Part shown: positions 8,643 to 17,919 of the stretch, one piece after another
Layout of the letters: the number at the start of each line of letters is the position of its first letter
Numbering within the stretch: the stretch's first letter is position 1
Assembly (NCBI GenBank): GCA_026397175.1
Contig: JAPLVK010000023.1
Coordinates: 1-55,637, forward strand
DNA length: 55,637 nt
From: Candidatus Berkelbacteria bacterium
Lineage (GTDB): Bacteria > Patescibacteriota > UBA1384 > DTJR01
Direction: 5' to 3'
Made by a program: the position numbers and the translations under genes
The notes under the pieces: model-generated
Database searches by the model: none
What the model saw: only the letters and a program-made list of their open reading frames with translations
Told to the model about the DNA's origin: nothing

Positions 8643-8716
8643 CGAATTACGAATAACGAATTATGAATTATGAATGGGAATTCATTCTTAATTCGTAATT
8701 CATGATTCATAATTCG
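8643..8716. repeat. Family A AT-rich imperfect palindrome (gaattaYgaat / attcRtaattc words)
   Basis: Left arm cgaattacgaataacgaattatgaattatgaatggg pairs with right arm aattcattcttaattcgtaattcatgattcataattcg. A 33-nt stretch is identical to 38677-38709. Confidence 0.85.
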
Positions 8717-8725
8717 ATTTTGCAT

Positions 8726-8754
8726 TTGACTTGCCTTTTAAAAAGTGCTATTAA
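8726..8754 (+). promoter_or_regulatory. Promoter TTGACT-17 nt-TATTAA
   Basis: -35 at 8726-8731 and -10 at 8749-8754. Confidence 0.6.
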
Positions 8755-8761
8755 TAAAATA

Positions 8762-9621
8762 CTTGTAAAAGATCGTTGAAAAAAGGGAAGGGAGTGACCG
8801 CCTTTGGGCTAGTTAAGTCCGGCAAGCATGCGAGGGTGATCGGTTAGTCGACTTCCGCATAGTTGCTTTTTAGGGTTGATCCCTAGACCCAACTAGTGCA
8901 AAGCCATTCGGACCATAGAGTTCCCCGGTCATCTGTACCGTGCATCAGCGCGTTTGTCGCAACCAGCCGTTGTTCGCAGTAAACGCAGGACGGGACTAGA
9001 GGAAAAACCTGAAGGCAGTAAACTGTGCCGAGCTTCATCGGGACACCGATGAGGGCCGGCACGCCATCATCTTCATTGCGGGTTTTACTCGGACGAGCTT
9101 ATTCGGTTTGCAGAGGCGCCCTGCTGTGGGACATGTGGAAAAGAGTGTCGGTCTGCTGAACGCGGCGGATGTTAGCGCAGTGAATGCGGGGCGTCTCTGC
9201 TTTTGAATCTTCCCCAGTGGGGAAGGCCTGCTCCATCGCGGTCGCACCGGTCAAAGCTGCTCTGCTGCTTCCCCCGGCTGCAGAGCAGCCCAATCACAAC
9301 GCTCTCTGCCCTTGGGAGAGCTTGTCGCAAAGAGATCTTATCCCGCCTGATGGCGGGATAGGAAACACAACCAGGCCGGACCGCTCTCTCGCTCCCCTCT
9401 GCCGTACCCGCAAGCGCGAAGGGGGCGGTCCGGCCGCTATGACTCCTTTCCCGCTTGACAAAGCGGGAGATGTCGGATACAATGTACCCAGAAACCCTCC
9501 CTTTGACCCGTCGGGAGCGATCTTGTTCCACGGAAGATCGTCCCGACGAGACCATTCCTTGCCCCCCCTTGGGGGCAATTATCACCGGCCGGTTCGCACA
9601 GAACCGGCCGGCTTTCGTTTT
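8762..9621 (+). ncRNA. Large GC-rich structured RNA candidate (about 860 nt), class unknown
   Basis: Promoter and terminator bracket the unit. There is no protein-like ORF. Many perfect helices are present (9340-9359, 9374-9384/9425-9435, 9449-9468, 9514-9544, 9561-9576). Confidence 0.6.
9585..9621 (+). terminator. Intrinsic terminator
   Basis: CCGGCCGG - 11-nt loop - CCGGCCGG, followed by CTTTCGTTTT. Confidence 0.75.
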
Positions 9622-9630
9622 AAAATAGAA

Positions 9631-9701
9631 TCTAGAATTATGAATAATGAATTATGAATGGGAGTAGATTCGTAATTCGTAATTCAAAATTCGTAATTCA
9701 C
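9631..9701. repeat. Family A AT-rich palindrome
   Basis: gaattatgaataatgaattatgaatggg ... attcgtaattcgtaattcaaaattcgtaattc. Confidence 0.8.
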
Positions 9702-9783
9702 TCTTAGATTTCTCGACGGAGTTTACTCTAAACTTGCCGAAGGGCTCGAGATGACACAAGAAGTAGTTTGAGATGACAGAGAT

Positions 9784-11550
9784 CTATTTGACTTGAAATC
9801 CTCCCCACTCCACCATCGAGAAACCGGATCGCTCAAAGTGTGTCGTAGGGTTATAGGACGACTCAAGTTTTTCACTCATTGGTTTAAAAACCAGCCGGAT
9901 CCTATACACGCTGTCCGGTGTCGGATTGATATCAACCGGCTCAATTTTGTCAATTTCCGATCGTTCCATTAATCCAACCTGATAATATTTTGCCGCGGGT
10001 AATTTTTTAGACCAGAATTCGGCCATCTCGCGCGATTCCTTATCGTTTAGCGATAATTTTTTGCCCAAATCATTTAGCTCGTTTGATAAATTTTTTCCGT
10101 CCAAAACGACATAATTTTGGGGCATCTCGGGAATTGGTAACATGGCTTCGTAAAATAAATATGGATATTTTTTGAGCCCCGAGTAGATATTTCCGGATGG
10201 CATTGCCAAAACACTCCAACCGCTACTTTTATATTTTGGATCCGAAATGCTAATCCACCCAACCGGCGGATTTAATTTAACTTTAACCAAAGTTGGTTTT
10301 GTGGGATATAAATATATCGCTGGCTTTGATTCCGGCGTAAAGCCGCACCACGGGTCGGAAACAACCGGTTTTGACTCAAATTCAACCGCCGAAATTCCCA
10401 AGTTTGTATTTTTACCATCCGCCACGGGCAAGACCTTCGTTATCTTAGAGGCGATTTGCGGCGCATAAAGATATTTTTGGCCGTCTTTTTCAATTTGCAG
10501 CACGGGAGAACCTTCCGCATCGCCAGCGCCAACCTTCATGATTATCAACGACATCGCTTGGACATTTGACAAAAAGTCAGGCGATTTAATGTTGAAAACA
10601 TCGGGTTTGAGGTTTAATTGCTGATTATTTGAGATGTGGTTTTGTTCAAGATTGTTGCCGATTTTTCTAAAACTCGCCGTAAGCGGATTATTCTCATTGG
10701 TAAAATCAAACATTTTCTCGATATCATCTTTTTTGATTGAAGGATTTAGACCAATTATTTCTTGAAGTTTATCTTGCGTGATCGGGTCCAAAGTATCGGG
10801 CGGCATATTTTTGCGCCTTTGCTCCGACGCTTTTTTGATATCCTCGACAGATCCCCCAAGTTGTACTGCTTCTGCGACTAAATTCGGGTCGTCAACCGGT
10901 TGCAATTGTCCGCAATCGCCCAAAACATCTGTCAGGGAAAGTTGTGTTTTGTAGTTTCTGTCGGATTTTGTATCAAGAAGCGACAGCGAATTTTGCTGCA
11001 GGTAAACATCAAAGAAAACCACACCGTTTCCTTTTGTCTGCGGATTGGTTTTGGCTAAAAAGACGACATCGGCCGGTTCGGATTTGGGGGTCGAAACAAT
11101 GTTAATTTCTCGGAAATTTTTTCTTAAAATTTTAACCGGCGGCATATAGTCAGGGCTTTTGGTAGTCGCATCAAATTCTTCGCCCAGACAATCGGCCCGA
11201 TATGGTTTCAGAGCGTCATCTGTGTTGCACCTTACTCCTTCCGAGACCTTGCCCAAAGATATTGGGACTTCGCTTTGGATTAAAACATAAGTCAACGAAG
11301 TGTTTTTGTTTTTGTCGCTTTTATGGGTAAAATCAATCTGAACGGTTTTGGTTAAATCGGCTTGCACCGGCCAGCTTTGCCCCGTGTTACCCGCTGCCGA
11401 AGTCAGCGCTCCTTGGCTTGATGAACCGGTGCTTCCCGATGAGCCGCCACCCAAAGTCGTTGACCCGATTGGTGTACAGCCGGTTAACGCAATGCAAACC
11501 AAAATAGCCACAACTCCGAATAAAAACTTTTTGCCAATGTTTTTATTCAC
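9784..11550 (-). CDS. Large lipoprotein, function unknown
   Basis: A GTG start at 11550 gives [24 protein letters not shown]|C (lipobox). It overlaps the Clp ATPase stop (GTGAATAA). The longer ORF-track start lies inside the upstream gene. Confidence 0.7.
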   Translation of the reverse strand: MNKNIGKKFLFGVVAILVCIALTGCTPIGSTTLGGGSSGSTGSSSQGALTSAAGNTGQSWPVQADLTKTVQIDFTHKSDKNKNTSLTYVLIQSEVPISLGKVSEGVRCNTDDALKPYRADCLGEEFDATTKSPDYMPPVKILRKNFREINIVSTPKSEPADVVFLAKTNPQTKGNGVVFFDVYLQQNSLSLLDTKSDRNYKTQLSLTDVLGDCGQLQPVDDPNLVAEAVQLGGSVEDIKKASEQRRKNMPPDTLDPITQDKLQEIIGLNPSIKKDDIEKMFDFTNENNPLTASFRKIGNNLEQNHISNNQQLNLKPDVFNIKSPDFLSNVQAMSLIIMKVGAGDAEGSPVLQIEKDGQKYLYAPQIASKITKVLPVADGKNTNLGISAVEFESKPVVSDPWCGFTPESKPAIYLYPTKPTLVKVKLNPPVGWISISDPKYKSSGWSVLAMPSGNIYSGLKKYPYLFYEAMLPIPEMPQNYVVLDGKNLSNELNDLGKKLSLNDKESREMAEFWSKKLPAAKYYQVGLMERSEIDKIEPVDINPTPDSVYRIRLVFKPMSEKLESSYNPTTHFERSGFSMVEWGGFQVK

Positions 11551-13945
11551 TTGTTGCCTGTTCGGCCATTTTATCATTTGTCTCGTCTTGTTTTGTTTCA
11601 TCCCTAAGGAAATTTTGCTCCGTTTGATCTGTTGGTTTTTTCTCTTCCGGTTTTGGCGGTTGTGGTGCCGGATTTGCCTTTTCGTTATTATAAAAAATAA
11701 ATTTTTGATCCTTGTCCAAATCAACCAAAAGCGATTGATTTTCTTTGACGGTTTCTTTAATCATGAGCAATGATAGGGGATTTTCGATTTCGCGCTGAAT
11801 GATTCTGCGAAGCGGTCTGGCGCCGTAAACAGCGTCGTAGCCAATTTCGGCCAGCTTGAGTTTGGCTCGCTCTGAAATTTCAAGCGTAATTTTTTGCTCT
11901 TTCAGCAAGTCCTCGATATCTTTAATCATTACCGCGGCGATCTGGGCCATATCTTGTGGCCGAAGACCCCTGAAAGTTACGACTTCGTCAAATCGGTTTA
12001 TAAATTCCGGCCTAAATGTTTCAAGCAGTACATTCATTAGTTGCTTTTGCAGGTTTGGATCATCAATGTTTGATTTTTGAATCAGCTCTGTCCCGACATT
12101 TGAAGTGCAGATAATAATCGTGTTTTTAAAGTCAACCGTGCGGCCTTTATTGTCGGTTAAGCGCCCGTCATCTAGAATTTGCAGGAAAATGTTAAAAACA
12201 TCTTTGTGGGCTTTTTCGATTTCGTCAAATAAGACCACGGAATATGGGTTTTTCCTAACCGCTTCGGTCAGCTGCCCGCCTTCTTCGTAGCCGACATATC
12301 CCGGAGGCGCGCCGATCATTCTGGCGGTTGAGTTTTTCTCCATATATTCGCTCATATCAATGCGAACCATTTTATCTTCTTTACCGAACAAAACCTCGGC
12401 GAGGGTCTTGGCGAGCTGCGTTTTTCCAACGCCGGTTGGCCCCATAAAAATAAATGATCCGACCGGGCGTTTCGGGTTTTTTAGTCCCGCTCGATTTCGT
12501 CTGATGGCTTCGCAAATCACCTTGACCGCATTTTCTTGGTCAACCAAGCGCTTGTGAATTAAGTCCTCTAAATTCAACAAAACCGACGATTCGTCTTGGT
12601 CTAACTTTGTGATCGGAATGCCGGAGGTGGCCGAAACGATTTCTTTGACCAAATTAACCGTTACATCTCTGGGGTTAATATTTTTGAGCTCAATTTTTGA
12701 GCCGGCCTCGTCAATAACATCAATCGCTTTATCCGGCAGAAATCTGTCCGAAATATATCGCTCCGACAATTTAACGGCCGCTTCAACCGACTCTTCGGGA
12801 ATTTTAACCTTGTGGTGCTCTTCGTATTTTGATTTGATGCCGTTTAAAATCAAAATTGCTTGCTCGATTGTCGGCTCGTTGACCATCACTCGTTGGAATC
12901 TCCGCTCAAACGCGGCGTCTTTTTCGATATATTGGCGAAATTCCTTGATGGTGGTGGCGCCGATGGTTTGCATTTCACCTCGAGCCAAAGACGGTTTTAG
13001 GATATTGGCGGCGTCCAGTGAACCCTCGCCGGCTCCTGCGCCCATAATCGTATGTAACTCGTCAATAAACAAGATAATCGAGCCGGCCGCCGCCTTGATT
13101 TCTTTAATCACTTTTTCCAGTCGCTCTTCGAACTCGCCGCGGTGTTTGGCTCCGGCCACCATTAAGCTCAAATCGAGAATTAAAACCCGTTTGTTTTTTA
13201 GCTGATCCGGCACCTGCCCCGAAGCAATTTTTTGGGCGAGGCCTTCGACAATGGCCGTTTTTCCAACGCCCGCCTCGCCGATTAAAACCGGATTATTTTT
13301 GGTTCGCCTCGTTAGAATTTCCATCACCCGCTCGATTTCGGCGTCTCGGGCCAAAACCGGATCAAGCTGGCCCGCCTTGGCTTTGGCGGTTAAATCAATA
13401 GTGTATGTTTCAAGTTCCGATTTGGTCTGATGACCAGCATCGTTTTGGCCTTCCGTTTTTTTGTCTTCTTCGCCCGAACCCTCTTCGGTTTCCGATTCGG
13501 ATTTTTTAGCGAGTTCCTCGGCTGCTTTTTTGATTTTGTCCTCGTCAATTTTATTTTCTTGCAGCACTTTTGAGGCAACGGTTTTGTTGTCTTTGATTAT
13601 TTGCAAAATTACATGGTGGGGTTCGAGATAGTCCTTTTTTTCACTCTTGGCGATTTCGAGCGCTTTTTGAAAAAGTTCCATCGAGACGGAGGAAAATTCA
13701 CCTTGCCCGTGAAAATCGCCCCGCGGGACATCTTTAAAGACCTCGTCTTGAATTTTCTTGGCGTCCATTCCTGTGTGCTCAATTAAATTAAACCCGGATG
13801 GCGCTTCTAAAATCGCCAAGAAAATATGATCCGGATCAATATACGGAGAATTAAAAAGTTTGGCTTTTTCGACCGCGACTTTTAAGATCTCTAAAAGATC
13901 GGGTGAAAAATTAGTAAAAATATCGTCCGGATGCGTGATTAACAC
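11543..13945 (-). CDS. Class-I AAA+ Clp ATPase (ClpA/ClpC-type, two AAA modules, no long M-domain)
   Basis: Clp_N repeats, Walker A motifs GEAGVGKT and GPTGVGKT, and [12 protein letters not shown] start with a GGAGGGG SD. Confidence 0.9.
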   Translation of the reverse strand: MLITHPDDIFTNFSPDLLEILKVAVEKAKLFNSPYIDPDHIFLAILEAPSGFNLIEHTGMDAKKIQDEVFKDVPRGDFHGQGEFSSVSMELFQKALEIAKSEKKDYLEPHHVILQIIKDNKTVASKVLQENKIDEDKIKKAAEELAKKSESETEEGSGEEDKKTEGQNDAGHQTKSELETYTIDLTAKAKAGQLDPVLARDAEIERVMEILTRRTKNNPVLIGEAGVGKTAIVEGLAQKIASGQVPDQLKNKRVLILDLSLMVAGAKHRGEFEERLEKVIKEIKAAAGSIILFIDELHTIMGAGAGEGSLDAANILKPSLARGEMQTIGATTIKEFRQYIEKDAAFERRFQRVMVNEPTIEQAILILNGIKSKYEEHHKVKIPEESVEAAVKLSERYISDRFLPDKAIDVIDEAGSKIELKNINPRDVTVNLVKEIVSATSGIPITKLDQDESSVLLNLEDLIHKRLVDQENAVKVICEAIRRNRAGLKNPKRPVGSFIFMGPTGVGKTQLAKTLAEVLFGKEDKMVRIDMSEYMEKNSTARMIGAPPGYVGYEEGGQLTEAVRKNPYSVVLFDEIEKAHKDVFNIFLQILDDGRLTDNKGRTVDFKNTIIICTSNVGTELIQKSNIDDPNLQKQLMNVLLETFRPEFINRFDEVVTFRGLRPQDMAQIAAVMIKDIEDLLKEQKITLEISERAKLKLAEIGYDAVYGARPLRRIIQREIENPLSLLMIKETVKENQSLLVDLDKDQKFIFYNNEKANPAPQPPKPEEKKPTDQTEQNFLRDETKQDETNDKMAEQATSE

Positions 13946-13991
13946 TTGGCCCCTCCTTTTTTGCTCTGTTTTAAATTATACCACGAAACAT

Positions 13992-16511
13992 TTACATTTT
14001 TTTCAACTGATCTGGTCCTTCTGCCGGTTCTCCTTCTGCCGTCATCTCCATTTGATTTTGTTGGCTATCCGTTTTTTTCTTAACATCAATGTTAACCAAG
14101 TCATCCTCTTTTTCCGTTTCCTTTTTTGAGACCATTTCTTCGAGCGCTTCTTTGGCCGCTTTAAGTTTGGCTTTGACATATCTGACAATATCGGTGGCGT
14201 TATAATCGCTAACCATCATCAGAGGTAGGACCTCCTTGGTTTCCTCAAGCGCTTTCTTTTTTTGCTCAACTTGGGGCGAAATCAGACCGCTCAATACGCC
14301 CTCCAACTTTTTGACTTCGCTTTCAACCCATTCCTTTCTGCTTTTTCCCGCCGGCACCGGTGCTTCAAGAAAGTGCTTTTTCCACATCAATTTTGAATTT
14401 TGGAAGTCCTCGTCTTTTTCTAACTCATCGACAATTGAATCGGTGGCGTTTGACAAATTCTCGGCTGTCGGACTTTCCTGAAGTTTTGAGAGCTCTGCCA
14501 CAACCGCGCCTCCTTGTTCGAGCTCATCAAAGTTTTCGTCTCCGACTTTGCGTCCGGAATCAAGCACTTTTTTGAGCGCGGAATATTCTTGTTTCTCGCT
14601 TGCGTCGGCAATTTTTTCGGGATGGGCGAGTTTAAGGGCCGTTTGCGCTAAAAAGTTATTTTTGGCCAATTCCGATGGCTGGCTCATGGCCTGTTTGATT
14701 TCATTAATCGCCTTAACCGCGAGCGTGATTGTCATCTGGTTTGCGCCGCTTAATTTGTCTTGCGTTCTTGAGAGATAATCAAGCAAGGTCTTGTCCGGCA
14801 CCTTGTAGGTTTGTTGGAAAATTTTGGTGGACTGCTCGTCGCCCTGATAAATCGTGGTCAAATTTTTCTCAAAATTATTGAGGGAATTTTGATAGAGCTG
14901 ATCCGTAATGTTTGAAGATAAATAATGGGTCATATTTTTCGTAACGGCGTTATTCAAGGTTGCGGCGGTTTTGTCGCCCATGACGGATTTCATGTAAATG
15001 CTGTTTTTGATCGCGTCATATTTTTTCTGTTCGACTTTATCCGCGATCTGATCCGGATTTGAAATTTTATCAAAAACCTCTGCGGAATTTTGCAGTTTAT
15101 CTTTGTCTTGCTCGAGTCGTGAAAGCCGCGAAAGCTTGTTTTGGCTAGACGATGCCATCAATTCGCTGACATCAGGCAGGGCTCCCGCTTCGTGAATAAT
15201 TTGCGGAATTGACATTTTTTCGACAACCTTTGAGAAAATTGTCGTCGGCACATTTTTGGCGGCAGGAGTGCTGCCGGAGACAAAAGGAAGATTTTTTTGG
15301 CTGATTTCATGGGTTACAATTGGCCCGGGCGGGGTCTTGGGGCTTGGCGGCGGACTTCCATTTGTAATGTTTGAAAGATAATTCTTTAGAGCCGATTGAT
15401 TAAATGTATTGACGATTTTACTTCCGGCTTGAACCGAAAAAGTCATGATTATTCGCAAAAGTAAAAACGGCAAAATGATCGCTGCCCAAATCATCAAAAG
15501 AGCGATTAAATATCGGACGAAAGTGTCGGTTTCGGATAAATTGTTGCCCTTATCGTCTTTGCTGCTACCAATTTGTAATTTTCCACCCGTGACTCCCGGT
15601 GGCATCAAAATTATATTGGTACCCGACTCATAAGTATTGTCCGGTTTTCCGGTATCGTTGGTTCCGGTTTGCAAAGGAATGCCGCTTTTTCTGGTAACTC
15701 CGGCTGGTAAAAATGTCGGGGTGATTGAAGTTCGCTGCCAGATGTAGGGGACGGCGACCAAAAAAATGACAAAAAGCGGACCCAAGAAAAGAAAACGGCC
15801 AAATTCTCTAAGCCAAACAATCGCCACATTTCGAACGGCGCTAAAAGCAAGGCAAGGGAAAATAAGAGGGGAGAAAATGACTAAAAGCCATAAAATCACG
15901 ATTCTGAAGATCAAAACAGCCGCTATTGCGTAGTTTGTCCAAGTGGTTAATTTTACCAACATAAGGTTGGTATTGACCGATTCTTGCAGGTCGGTATTGG
16001 TATTTTTGAAGCCATGAAAGTCCTGATAATTAAAACTAACCGACAATAAGTCCTCTGCCTGAAGCGGCCTGACGGTTGGATTGCCCGCGGTGTCGTAAGT
16101 CGTGATTTTTAAAAATCTGGTTTGAAATTCGTCAGTCCATTTGATTGCGGAAACGGCAATATAAAAAGAAAAATAACTTAGCACAAAAGCCGCTAGCAGG
16201 ATAATAATTGTTCTTTTTTGCTCTTGTGCCCAACTGGCTTTCAAAATCATGCCGAAAGCCAAAATTACCAAAAGAACAAAAAGGATAATCGTGTTGAGGG
16301 TTACGATTTTTTGCCAAGCGCCCTTGATTGCCGTGCCGTTATCGGAAAATCCGGCATCTTTAAGCGTCAAAGCCCAATTTAAAATTTCGCGAGCCCTCGC
16401 GGCTGCTTTGCCAACGGCCGTAACGGTAGCATCGGGTTGGAAATCGGCAGCGTAGACCCGAGAAGTCGCAAACCCCGAAAACAACACGGAAAAAAAGACC
16501 ACAAACAACAA
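13992..16511 (-). CDS. Polytopic membrane protein with a long C-terminal soluble region, function unknown
   Basis: 839-aa ORF with several hydrophobic spans. AAAGGAGG at 16543-16550 suggests the true start may lie upstream, near 16538 (in-frame ATT). That start would give a signal-peptide-like MNAALKTKFLLFVV... Confidence 0.7.
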   Translation of the reverse strand: MLFVVFFSVLFSGFATSRVYAADFQPDATVTAVGKAAARAREILNWALTLKDAGFSDNGTAIKGAWQKIVTLNTIILFVLLVILAFGMILKASWAQEQKRTIIILLAAFVLSYFSFYIAVSAIKWTDEFQTRFLKITTYDTAGNPTVRPLQAEDLLSVSFNYQDFHGFKNTNTDLQESVNTNLMLVKLTTWTNYAIAAVLIFRIVILWLLVIFSPLIFPCLAFSAVRNVAIVWLREFGRFLFLGPLFVIFLVAVPYIWQRTSITPTFLPAGVTRKSGIPLQTGTNDTGKPDNTYESGTNIILMPPGVTGGKLQIGSSKDDKGNNLSETDTFVRYLIALLMIWAAIILPFLLLRIIMTFSVQAGSKIVNTFNQSALKNYLSNITNGSPPPSPKTPPGPIVTHEISQKNLPFVSGSTPAAKNVPTTIFSKVVEKMSIPQIIHEAGALPDVSELMASSSQNKLSRLSRLEQDKDKLQNSAEVFDKISNPDQIADKVEQKKYDAIKNSIYMKSVMGDKTAATLNNAVTKNMTHYLSSNITDQLYQNSLNNFEKNLTTIYQGDEQSTKIFQQTYKVPDKTLLDYLSRTQDKLSGANQMTITLAVKAINEIKQAMSQPSELAKNNFLAQTALKLAHPEKIADASEKQEYSALKKVLDSGRKVGDENFDELEQGGAVVAELSKLQESPTAENLSNATDSIVDELEKDEDFQNSKLMWKKHFLEAPVPAGKSRKEWVESEVKKLEGVLSGLISPQVEQKKKALEETKEVLPLMMVSDYNATDIVRYVKAKLKAAKEALEEMVSKKETEKEDDLVNIDVKKKTDSQQNQMEMTAEGEPAEGPDQLKKM

Positions 16512-16588
16512 AAATTTTGTCTTTAAGGCGGCGTTAATGTTCCTCCTTTTGTATATATTATAACTTTATTTTGGGAAAAAGGGAAAAA

Positions 16589-16677
16589 ATTAAACAATTG
16601 AACAATTAAACAATTTGTCAATTTTAGGATTTTGAATTCTTAATTGATTAATTGCCCAATTGAATAATTGATTAATT
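16589..16677. repeat. AT-rich word repeat, family C (aattgtttaattg / caattg words)
   Basis: taaacaattgaacaattaaacaatttgtcaatt ... ttaattgattaattgcccaattgaataattgattaat. Related to 40941-40983 and 46050-46121. Confidence 0.75.
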
Positions 16678-16682
16678 TTCAG

Positions 16683-16710
16683 TTGACAGGTTTCGAAAAT
16701 GTTTTATAAT
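16683..16710 (+). promoter_or_regulatory. Consensus promoter TTGACA-16 nt-TATAAT
   Basis: -35 at 16683-16688 and -10 at 16705-16710. Confidence 0.7.
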
Positions 16711-16716
16711 TAAACT

Positions 16717-17282
16717 AGCAGTAACAGCTGTAGTTCTTTGACTAAGACGAAAAGAAGGGAGGAAAGCCGAAGAAGAAATGAAACCGATGTGGATGTCTCT
16801 GGCCGCGTGAAGCATTTGGGGCTCATAGGTCGTAAAACAAGGCCGCATCTCGGGTCGCAAGAGTTGTCCCAACTGCATGAAGAGCTAGAAGCAAAGTTGC
16901 ACCGACGAAGAACCCAGCCCTGCTTGCAGAGCTGGGAAGAAAGGGCGTATGCGCATATGAACCGGTCGGCAGTCGTTCTGATGAGTGTGGAGGGCGTTGT
17001 CAGCTAGCTCTCGAATCGTAGCTTGCTGGCGAAACCTCTAAACCTGATCCGGCCTTGCCGGATCCAACGACTTCAACGGACAAGCGACGAAACGGCGCCC
17101 TCGGTGAGGCGCGCCGTTTCTGCACTAATCACGCATCGCCGTACCTTCCATCCATCCCACATATCGCTTTACCCGCAACTCTTTTTTTGTCTTCGCAACC
17201 CTGTCTTACATCCTGCAGCGCAGCGACATCGGGTTGTACAAGTGGGGGCGTTCCGAGCCATTCGGACGCCCCCCATTTTTTT
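16717..17282 (+). ncRNA. GC-rich structured RNA candidate (about 566 nt), class unknown
   Basis: Consensus promoter and a strong terminator. The only ORF is a TTG-started Arg/Glu-rich frame. Helices at 16913-16918/16931-16936, 17046-17064 and 17089-17098/17111-17120. Confidence 0.6.
17244..17282 (+). terminator. Intrinsic terminator
   Basis: GGGGGCGTTCCGA-loop-TTCGGACGCCCCC, followed by CATTTTTTT. Confidence 0.8.
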
Positions 17283-17457
17283 AGAAATTTAGAATTATGT
17301 CGATTTATCGCGAATCGTGATAGGAAACACACTAAAATGTGGTCTACATTTATTCCCGTAGCCCACATCTTCGATTTCACTCAGACCATGAGCGCAAGTC
17401 GAATGGATTTATCGTGTTTCCCCGTAGCCCACACTTCAGTGTGTTATAGAATTTAAT

Positions 17458-17919
17458 TTATGTCGGATTCTCGGGAGTTGGCGGGAGCGTAATTCCGCCG
17501 TCATTTTGTATCAGCGTGGCGGTCAAATAAGGACACGATTTATCGGTTCTGGTTTCAAGGCATTTCCAATATTTTATCGTTTGCGATAAATCAAGAGCAT
17601 TTAGTAAGTTAGCTGTGCCGGCCGTTTCGTCAACCAGATTATAATCGGCATTTACTTCTTTCCAATGGACAATTTCTGCGTTGATATCAAGACCATCCAC
17701 AATACCGTCGTCAATTGAATCGCCGGCAATTCGAGGGACAACTGGAACGGGCGGGTTCACTTGCGCCGCATTTATAGGCCTTATCGGTTTCGCCGGAGTC
17801 GGAGGCGTGGTGGAGTCGGCCGAGGGTTGGTTGGTATAAACAAAATAACTTAAAACCCCAACCAGAAGAACCAGTAAAATTGTCGAGGCAAAAGTAACGA
17901 AAATCGCTTTTTTACTCAT
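17458..17919 (-). CDS. Membrane-anchored protein with a dockerin/EF-hand-like Asp-rich motif
   Basis: N-terminal TM segment (AIFVTFASTILLVLLVGVL), a Pro-rich linker, and GDSIDDGIVDGLDIN. Confidence 0.55.
   Translation of the reverse strand: MSKKAIFVTFASTILLVLLVGVLSYFVYTNQPSADSTTPPTPAKPIRPINAAQVNPPVPVVPRIAGDSIDDGIVDGLDINAEIVHWKEVNADYNLVDETAGTANLLNALDLSQTIKYWKCLETRTDKSCPYLTATLIQNDGGITLPPTPENPT

Noticed and set aside
8762-9621. RNase P RNA. AAGTCCGG at about 8814 and ACAGAACCGGCCGGCTT at about 9597 resemble the two strands of helix P4 with its bulged U. AGGGTG, AGTGCAA and GTAAAC motifs are also present.
   Set aside because: The sequence right after the 5' motif closes into a local hairpin (GCAAGCATGCG...CGCATAGTTGC) instead of the long-range P5/P7 pairings. 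The 3' motif is the stem of a terminator hairpin, no P1/P2 pairing was found, and the unit is about twice the normal length. I kept it as a hypothesis to test with a covariance model but do not call it.
9172-9657. ORFs 9184-9657(+), 9172-9585(-) and 9294-9578(-) inside the large RNA candidate.
   Set aside because: They have Pro/Arg/Gly/Ser-dominated sequences, no SD, and mutually overlap on both strands. This is consistent with non-coding GC-rich structured DNA.
11348-11773. 141-aa plus-strand ORF, and the long N-terminal extension of the lipoprotein ORF (to 11724).
   Set aside because: Both lie antisense to, or inside, the 3' end of the Clp ATPase gene. The GTG at 11550 yields a canonical lipoprotein signal peptide.
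16978-17035. Hammerhead-ribozyme-like core: CTGATGA ... GAAAC.
   Set aside because: About 13 unpaired nt separate CUGAUGA from the only available stem II (GTCAGCTAGCT/AGCTTGCTGGC), and no convincing stems I/III or cleavage-site context were found. It is probably a chance match.
17300-17445. Possible mini-CRISPR or repeat array. CCCGTAGCCCACA occurs twice (17355-17367, 17421-17433), along with a duplicated GATTTATCG.
   Set aside because: There are only two short copies and they have unequal flanks. It looks like a partial local duplication in a 3' UTR, not an array, and there are no cas genes.
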